Origin: Alphaproteobacteria bacterium
GTDB taxonomy: Bacteria; Pseudomonadota; Alphaproteobacteria; GCA-2731375
Direction: 5' to 3'
Length of the DNA stretch: 64,000 bases
NCBI GenBank assembly: GCA_965232515.1
Contig: CBDDPY010000002.1
Location: 5,280,001-5,344,000, forward strand
The notes under the pieces were generated by a model. It did no database searches and was not told the DNA's origin. It saw nothing but the letters and a program-made list of their open reading frames with translations. Each line of letters opens with the position of its first letter. Positions within the stretch are counted from its first letter, which is position 1. The translations under genes were made by a program, and so were the position numbers. This document shows, one piece after another, positions 57,435 to 64,000 of this stretch.

Positions 57435-58532
57435 CTACTTCTGCGCTTCCATGTATAGCGAGACCTTGGCGACCGAATTGCGGTCGAAGTAGGTGATGTC
57501 CCGCATCACCGGGCACCGGCTCTGACCGATGCCGGACCGCTCGACCCGGCTGAAACCGGTATCGTGCAGGGCTTGCGTCAGTTTGTCCGCCGTCCACCAG
57601 GTCACATTGTTGTTCGGACTGCGTTCGATCAGATCGAGGTCGATCTCGCAACAGAGCGCATCGAGGATGTCCGGCAACGGCCGGCCGCTCCGACAGAGCG
57701 CGTCGATCTCCGCGTCGGTCGGTTTTGTCGTCTTTGCAAACGTGGCTGCCTGGTAGCGGTGGCCGGCCACGTGACCGATGAACTTCTGTGCGATTGTCGG
57801 CCCCTCGCCAACGGGATGCCAGCTGAAGAAGCTCTCGTCGCCGTCAAGATAGGCATTGAGCATCCGCTCGGCATCGATGCAGACGAGGCGGAAGAAGCCG
57901 CCTGGCTTAAGGCAGCGGAAGACGTCGCCAAGAAAGAACCGGATATCGTCCTCGGGCAGCAGGTTGATCACATGCGAGCAATAGAATGCCTCGGCCCGAT
58001 CGTCCGGCAGCGATAGCGGCCGGCGCTGCAGAATGTCGTATTCGATATCGACGTTGTCGAAGTCGTACGCGTCGGTGGTCTTTTCGACATTGGTCCAGCG
58101 GCGATGTCGGAAATCGCCCGGTCCGACGTTGTAGAACCGCTTTTCGACCAACACGTCGCGCGGATAAAGCTGTTCGTACAGCGCGTCGTAGTCGATCTTG
58201 CCGTTCTCGGGTGGATTCCGGGCGTCGATCTGCGCCTGTTCCAACGCCCTCCTCAGCTTCTCGATCTCAAGATCCCGCTGGACCACGGTTTCGCGCAGCA
58301 TGGACAGCAGGTCCTGAAAGGCATCCTCGTGTCGCCCGATCATGGCGTGGCTGAGGGCGTTGCCGATGCGGGCGCCGACGTCGTCGGGATCGTCGGCCAG
58401 GATCCGTTGATAGGCGGCGATGGCGTCGGCTCCGCGACCGTCCATCTGCGCCGCCATCGCCTCGGTCAGCAGATCCCGTTCCGTCGCACGTTTTGGCTGC
58501 ATCTTGGATCCCGACGATTGTTGAGCCGCCAC
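57435..58532 (-). CDS. TPR-like N-terminus plus SAM-methyltransferase-like domain
   Basis: YCSHVI and FRCLKPGG.FRL. Confidence 0.7.
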   Translation of the reverse strand: MAAQQSSGSKMQPKRATERDLLTEAMAAQMDGRGADAIAAYQRILADDPDDVGARIGNALSHAMIGRHEDAFQDLLSMLRETVVQRDLEIEKLRRALEQAQIDARNPPENGKIDYDALYEQLYPRDVLVEKRFYNVGPGDFRHRRWTNVEKTTDAYDFDNVDIEYDILQRRPLSLPDDRAEAFYCSHVINLLPEDDIRFFLGDVFRCLKPGGFFRLVCIDAERMLNAYLDGDESFFSWHPVGEGPTIAQKFIGHVAGHRYQAATFAKTTKPTDAEIDALCRSGRPLPDILDALCCEIDLDLIERSPNNNVTWWTADKLTQALHDTGFSRVERSGIGQSRCPVMRDITYFDRNSVAKVSLYMEAQK

Positions 58533-58645
58533 AAAGGCGCCCGAATTGAACTACTCGGCTTCAATACGCCGATCATTCGGGGTTATGGTTTAAAAGTCGT
58601 AACCGAGCTGTTGCCTGAGACGACAGCGAAGCGGGAGGTTGTCGC

Positions 58646-59425
58646 GTGCCCATAAACGCCGTGCCGGGGTCGGATGCCCGGGCCAAGTATTCAGACGACG
58701 AATGGCGGGTGCGGGTCGATCTCGCGGCCTGCTACCGGCTGGTTCAGCACTACGGCCTCAGTGACCTGATCTACAACCACATCACCGCTGCCGTGCCCGG
58801 CGCCGACGGCCGGGTGCTGATCAATCCCTACGGCCTGCGCTACGACGAGGTCACGGCATCGAACCTGATCCGCATCGATCTCGCCGGCAACATCCTCGAA
58901 GAGACGCCGCACGAGATAAACCCGGCCGGCTATGTCATCCATTCCGCCGTGCACGCGGCGCGCTCGGACGTAAAATGCGTGCTGCACACCCACAGCCGCG
59001 CCGGCTGCGCGGTATCGGCCATGAAGCGCGGCCTGCTGCCGCTCGACCAGCAATCCATGCAGTTCTACAACCGCGTCGCCTATCACGATTTCAACGGCTT
59101 CGCCCTCGACGACGACGAAAAGAAGCTGCTGGTCGCGAACCTCGGCGACAAGCGGGCGATGATCCTGCGCAACCACGGCCTGCTGGTGGCGGCCGGCTCG
59201 GTATCTGAGGCCTTCCGGCTGATCTTCTACCTCGAGCGCGCCTGCCAGCTGCAGCTCGATGTGCTGCAAACCGGTGAGGAACTGCATTTGCCGGGGCACG
59301 AGATCTGCGAGCACACGGCCCGGCAATGGGAGAGCGGCGCCGCCGGCATCGGCATCGGCGAGACCCGCGAATGGCCGGCGCTGATGCGCATGCTGGAAGT
59401 CGACGATCCGTCGTTCATGACGTAG
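58646..59425 (+). CDS. Class II aldolase/adducin family protein
   Basis: DLAACYR, NHI, IHSAVH, HTH and LRNHG. Confidence 0.93.
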   Translation: MPINAVPGSDARAKYSDDEWRVRVDLAACYRLVQHYGLSDLIYNHITAAVPGADGRVLINPYGLRYDEVTASNLIRIDLAGNILEETPHEINPAGYVIHSAVHAARSDVKCVLHTHSRAGCAVSAMKRGLLPLDQQSMQFYNRVAYHDFNGFALDDDEKKLLVANLGDKRAMILRNHGLLVAAGSVSEAFRLIFYLERACQLQLDVLQTGEELHLPGHEICEHTARQWESGAAGIGIGETREWPALMRMLEVDDPSFMT

Positions 59426-59573
59426 AAAGACCTGGAAACGTCACACGGGGAAACTACTATCGATTGTTAGGTTTCTGCATTTTCGCGATTCGATGCGGAA
59501 GTACTGGCGTGATGGCTGCGGTCAAGACGGCCACACGAGGGACCGGGACGGCAACGGGAGACGGGGTGAGGGC

Positions 59574-59969
59574 ATGCGTCTATTCAATCGCAACAAGCTG
59601 CAGGTGATTTTCCTGGTGCCGGTGGCGGTGGCCATGTCGGACAGCGACGGCTGTTCCAGCACGCCGCCGGCCGAGCCGCTGACGGCAACGCAGATCTCCG
59701 ACGTTCTGACCGGCAACACGGTCACCGACCCGGACCAGACGTCGTTCGCGCTTGTGCTGGCGGACGGCAGTCTGCGCGGCCGCGATACGCCGAACGGCGG
59801 CACGGTTGGCCAGTGGCGGGTCAGCGACAACGGCGTGCTCTGCGCCACCTGGACCGACGTTCAGGGCGGTCAGGAGAACTGCGATGTCGTCCGCTTTACC
59901 GGCGACAAGCAATACAGCTGGGGCGGCCGCGTGTTCATGGTGGTCGAAGGCAATCCGCAAAACCTCTAG
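59574..59969 (+). CDS. Hypothetical exported protein
   Basis: LTGNT and G.W.V...LC.TW...C pattern; start uncertain. Confidence 0.6.
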   Translation: MRLFNRNKLQVIFLVPVAVAMSDSDGCSSTPPAEPLTATQISDVLTGNTVTDPDQTSFALVLADGSLRGRDTPNGGTVGQWRVSDNGVLCATWTDVQGGQENCDVVRFTGDKQYSWGGRVFMVVEGNPQNL

Positions 59970-60071
59970 ACGGTCGCGTCGGGTGGCCAATATGTCTTTG
60001 CAGATGCGGATGCCGCCGGCACGGTCGCTGACGCGCATCCGTGAATATCTACGTTTGGGGAAGTCGGAGCC

Positions 60072-61175
60072 ATGACGAAATCGTTTGTCGCCGCGGTGGG
60101 CGCGATGCTGGCGGCCAGCCTGGCCTTGAGCGCCTGTCAGGAGGAACAGGCCGCCGAGGCGCCGGAGGTGGTGCGGCCGGTCAAGGCGATCAAGATCGGC
60201 GATGCCAGCGTCCTGCAGGAGCGCTGGTTTCCCGGCCGGGCTCAGGCGGCGCGGGAAGTGGAGCTGTCGTTCCGCGTCGCCGGGCCGCTGATCGAATTCC
60301 CCATCAACGTCGGCGACCGGGTCGAGGAGGGCGCTGTCCTCGCCAGGATCGACCCGGCCACGTTCAAGGCCGAGGTCGACCGCATCGCCGCCAACGTCAA
60401 CCGCGCCCAGGCGTCGCTGCAGAATGCGAAGCTGCAGCTCCAGCGCCAGGAGACGCTTTACCAGAAGGGCCACGTCGCCAAGGCCGCGCTGGACCGGTAT
60501 ATCGCCGCGGAGGGCGAAAACAGCGCCGAGGTCCGCTCGCAACAGGCCAACCTGCAACGCGCCCGGCTCGACCTCGGCTACACCACCATCACCGCGCCGT
60601 TCGCCGGCGTGGTCGTCGCCACCTACGTTGAGAACTTCGAGGAAGTGCGCGAGAAGCAGCGCATCCTGCGCCTGCTCGACCCGGCGCAAATCGAAATGGT
60701 CGTCAACATTCCGGAAAGCATGATTTCGCTCGCGCCGCAGGTAGAGGAGGTGGTCGTCATCTTCGACGCTTTTCCGGACGTCGAGATCACCGGCACGATC
60801 AAGGAGATCGGCGCCGAAGCCTCCGAAGCCACGCGCACCTATCCCGTGACGCTGGCCATGGAGCAGCCCGACGGCATCGAGATCCTGCCCGGCATGGCCG
60901 GACGGTCGACCAGCAGGACCGTGATCGGACCCGACAGGAACGGGCTCGAGGTCGAGGTGCCGGTTTCGGCGACCTTCGGCGGCGCCGACGGCGCCTCCAT
61001 GGTCTGGGTGATCGACGAAAGCACCATGCAGGTGGCGCAACGCGCCGTCACGACGGGCAGTCTGACCAACCAGGGCATCCTGGTGACGGACGGACTCGAA
61101 TCCGGCGAATGGGTTGTCACGGCCGGCGTCAACTCGCTGAAGGAAGGCCAGAAGATCCGAATCCTCGAGAACTAG
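60072..61175 (+). CDS. RND efflux periplasmic adaptor (lipoprotein)
   Basis: Lipobox LSAC; LSFRVAG, ITAPFAG, TRTY.V and GL..GE.VV. Confidence 0.93.
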   Translation: MTKSFVAAVGAMLAASLALSACQEEQAAEAPEVVRPVKAIKIGDASVLQERWFPGRAQAAREVELSFRVAGPLIEFPINVGDRVEEGAVLARIDPATFKAEVDRIAANVNRAQASLQNAKLQLQRQETLYQKGHVAKAALDRYIAAEGENSAEVRSQQANLQRARLDLGYTTITAPFAGVVVATYVENFEEVREKQRILRLLDPAQIEMVVNIPESMISLAPQVEEVVVIFDAFPDVEITGTIKEIGAEASEATRTYPVTLAMEQPDGIEILPGMAGRSTSRTVIGPDRNGLEVEVPVSATFGGADGASMVWVIDESTMQVAQRAVTTGSLTNQGILVTDGLESGEWVVTAGVNSLKEGQKIRILEN

Positions 61176-61189
61176 TGTAGGAGCCGGTC

Positions 61190-64000
61190 ATGCAGGCAAT
61201 CGTCGCCTTCGCGCTCACCAAGCGCACCGTCACATATTTCGCGACCGTCCTGCTCTTCATCGGCGGCATCGCGTCCTACTTCACCCTCGGTCAGCTCGAA
61301 GATCCGGAATTCACCATCAAATCGGCGGTGATTTCGACCGCCTATCCCGGCGCCAGCCCGCAGGAGGTCGAGCTCGAGGTGACCGACCGGATCGAGCTGG
61401 CGATCCAGGAAATGCCGCAGATCGACTACATCGAGTCGCTGTCGCGCGCCGGCCTCTCGATCATTCAGGTCAACATTCGTCCCAGCTTCGTCTCCGAGGA
61501 AATGCCGCAGATCTGGGACGAGCTCAGGCGCAAGATCCGCGATGTCGAGGGCTCGCTGCCGCCCGGCGCCGGCCGGCCGGACGTGGCCGACGACTTCGGC
61601 GATGTCTTCGGCTTTCAGCTCGCCGTCACCGGCGACGGCTTCAGCTATGCCGAGCTCGAGCGCTACGCCAAGGACCTGAAACGCGAGCTCAGTCTCGTCA
61701 AAGGTGTCGCCCGTGTCGATCTCTGGGGCGCCCAGCAGAAGGTGATCTATCTCGACGTCGCCGAAACCCAGCTCACCCAGCTCGGCATCAGCGACCAGAG
61801 CATCGAATCGACGCTGCAGATCCAGAACATGGTGGTCGACGCCGGCAGCGTCGATTTGCTTGACCGGCGGCTGCGCATCGCGCCGACGGGCGCGTTCGAG
61901 ACGCCCGAGGATATCGGCAACCTGACGATCCAGCCGAGCCTGACCGACAGCCTGCAGATCCTGCGCGAGGAAGACACGCCCAGCGTATCGGGAGAACTGA
62001 TCCGGATCCGCGATATCGGCACCGTGATCCAGGGCTATGCCGATCCGCCCAACACCATGATGCGCTACAACGGCCTGCCGGCGATCGGCGTGTCGATCAC
62101 CAACACCAAGGGCGTCAATATCGTCGAGCTCGGCACGGCGATCGACGCACGCCTCGCCGAGCTCACATCGGCGCTGCCGGTTGGCATCGAGGCCCATCGC
62201 GTGCACTGGCAGTCGGACATCGTCGACGCGGCCGTGATGAACTTCCTGATCTCGTTCCTCGAGGCCGTCGCCATCGTCCTGGTCCTGATCGCCCTGTTCA
62301 TGGGCTGGCGCATGGGCGTGATCATCGGCACCTCGCTGGTGGTGACGATCCTGGCCAGCTTCATGCTCATGGCGCTGTTCGAGATCGACCTGCAGCGCAT
62401 GTCGCTCGGCGCGCTGGTCATCGCGCTCGGCATGATGGTCGACAATTCGATCGTCGTCGCCGACGGCATATCCGTGCGGCTGCAGAAGGGCATGAGCCGC
62501 ATGCAGGCGGCGATCGAGGCCGCCGCCCAGCCCTCCATGCCGCTGTTGGGCGCGACCGTGATCGCGGTCATGGCCTTCTTCCCGATTTTCGCGTCCGAGG
62601 AGGACGCCGGCGAGTACTGCGCCACGTTGTTCAGCGTCGTCGCCATCTCGCTGCTGACCAGTTGGATCATCTCGATGACGCTGACGCCGTTGCAGTGCAT
62701 CGACATGCTGCCCGATCCGAAGCAGGGCGAGGGCGCCGATGACCCCTATGGCGGCCGCTTCTTCGGCGTCTTTCGCGGCCTGCTCGAGCGTTGCATCCGC
62801 GGCCGCTGGCTGACCATCGCCAGCATGGTCGGGCTCCTGGTCCTGGCCGGCTTCAGCTTCCAGCGGGTCGAGCAGCTGTTCTTCCCGGAATCCTCCATGA
62901 CCAAGTTCATGATCGACTATTGGGGACCGGAAGGCTCGCGCATCGAGCAGACCGCGGCCGCCGTGCGCCAGGCCGAGGAAAAGATCATGGCCGACGAGCG
63001 GGTCACCGGCGTCGCCTCTTACATCGGCGCCGGCCCGCCGCGCTTCTACCTGCCGGTCGAGCCGGAGAAGCCCTATGCCTCCTACGCGCAGCTCGTTGTC
63101 AACGTGAAGGACTATCGCGACATTCCCGACATCATCCGGGAATGGACGCCGTTGTTCGCCGAAAACTTCCCCGATGCCGTGGTGCCGCTCCGGCAGTTCG
63201 GTGTCGGTCCCGCCTTCACCTGGAAGTTCGACGTGCGCGTGATCGGGCCGGGCGATGCCAGGCCCGAGACGCTGCGCGCCATCGCCACCGACCTGCGCGG
63301 TCTGGTCGAGGCCGACCCGCTGACGGCCTACACCCGCACGGACTGGCGGCAACAGGTGCTCAAGGTCGTGCCCGAATACAGCCAGGAGCGCGGCCGCTGG
63401 GCCGGCGTGACGCGTGAAGACATCGCGCGCGCCACCAAGCGCGCCTTCGACGGCCGGCAGATCGCGCTCTACCGCGAGGACGACGACCTGATCCCGATCG
63501 TCCTGCGCAACATCGAGGACGAACGCCGGAATGTCGGCGGCCTCGACGTGATCGACGTCCAACCCGCGCTGTCGACCGACCCGGTGCCGCTGTCGCAGGT
63601 GACGCAGGTCATCGATACCCAGTGGGAAGAGCCGCTGATCTGGCGCCGCGACCGGCGGCGCACCATCAAGGTCCAGGGCAACCCCGTTCTCGGCGAAACC
63701 CTGCCGACGATGCAGCAGTCGATCGCCGGCGACCTGCAGGGTTACCAGCTGCCTGCCGGTTATAGCTGGGAATGGGGCGGCGAGCACGAGTCGTCGCGTG
63801 ATGCCCAGGCCTCGCTGATCCCGGGGATCATCCCTGCCGCCGTCGTCATGCTGTTCATCATGGTGGCGCTGTTCAACGACTTCCGGCCGCCGCTGGTGAT
63901 CGTGCTGACGATCCCGCTCGCCTTCATCGGCATAACGTTTGGCCTGTTGGCGACGGGCGCCGCCTTCGGCTTCCTGGCCCTGCTGGGCGCGATGTCGCTC
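61190..64000 (+). CDS. RND efflux permease (AcrB family), 3' end runs off the window
   Basis: Manual reading from ATG 61190: MQAIVAFALT, EDPEFTIK, YPGASPQEVE and ALGMMVDNSIVV. Confidence 0.93.
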   Translation, partial: MQAIVAFALTKRTVTYFATVLLFIGGIASYFTLGQLEDPEFTIKSAVISTAYPGASPQEVELEVTDRIELAIQEMPQIDYIESLSRAGLSIIQVNIRPSFVSEEMPQIWDELRRKIRDVEGSLPPGAGRPDVADDFGDVFGFQLAVTGDGFSYAELERYAKDLKRELSLVKGVARVDLWGAQQKVIYLDVAETQLTQLGISDQSIESTLQIQNMVVDAGSVDLLDRRLRIAPTGAFETPEDIGNLTIQPSLTDSLQILREEDTPSVSGELIRIRDIGTVIQGYADPPNTMMRYNGLPAIGVSITNTKGVNIVELGTAIDARLAELTSALPVGIEAHRVHWQSDIVDAAVMNFLISFLEAVAIVLVLIALFMGWRMGVIIGTSLVVTILASFMLMALFEIDLQRMSLGALVIALGMMVDNSIVVADGISVRLQKGMSRMQAAIEAAAQPSMPLLGATVIAVMAFFPIFASEEDAGEYCATLFSVVAISLLTSWIISMTLTPLQCIDMLPDPKQGEGADDPYGGRFFGVFRGLLERCIRGRWLTIASMVGLLVLAGFSFQRVEQLFFPESSMTKFMIDYWGPEGSRIEQTAAAVRQAEEKIMADERVTGVASYIGAGPPRFYLPVEPEKPYASYAQLVVNVKDYRDIPDIIREWTPLFAENFPDAVVPLRQFGVGPAFTWKFDVRVIGPGDARPETLRAIATDLRGLVEADPLTAYTRTDWRQQVLKVVPEYSQERGRWAGVTREDIARATKRAFDGRQIALYREDDDLIPIVLRNIEDERRNVGGLDVIDVQPALSTDPVPLSQVTQVIDTQWEEPLIWRRDRRRTIKVQGNPVLGETLPTMQQSIAGDLQGYQLPAGYSWEWGGEHESSRDAQASLIPGIIPAAVVMLFIMVALFNDFRPPLVIVLTIPLAFIGITFGLLATGAAFGFLALLGAMSL

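Noticed and set aside
39064-63787. Long antisense ORFs (39064-41502, 43121-44866, 54099-55775, 61172-63787)
   Set aside because: Typical high-GC shadow frames opposite well-supported genes, with no motifs of their own.
1-64000. CRISPR array or rRNA
   Set aside because: No repeat-spacer periodicity, cas genes or rRNA-like sequence seen; the 27-bp periodic boxes at 11227-11324 are operator-like.

Overview
High-GC alphaproteobacterial chromosomal region. The first half is an integrative, probably mobilizable, island of about 32 kb (1855-33827) bounded by a 10-bp direct repeat (ACTCAAAATC). It has split the host tRNA-Leu(CAA) gene at the anticodon loop without restoring it: the 5' half is at 1814-1854 and the 3' half at 33818-33871. 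A complete, sequence-divergent tRNA-Leu(CAA) lies inside the island (3198-3284), right behind the first integrase. The island looks composite: two tyrosine integrases (the second beside a tRNA-Thr(CGT) 3' fragment), two convergent VirD4-like coupling protein/MOBQ relaxase/oriT modules, and no mating-pair genes. Cargo includes a dndC-(small ORF)-dndD-dndEi phosphorothioation cluster, hipBA, a HEPN-like ORF, a YhaO/YhaN (Mre11/SMC-like) pair, ardC, DUF2958 and a low-GC secreted MACPF-like protein. The host flanks carry housekeeping and metabolic genes (coq7, dsbB, globin, leuB, fadL, CoA transferase, RND pump). They also carry a minus-strand cluster of LOV histidine kinase, receiver/KaiA-like chimera, kaiB, kaiC and hybrid histidine kinase, a candidate light-input KaiA3-B-C oscillator outside cyanobacteria. 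All family assignments are by eye from motifs; no searches were run.
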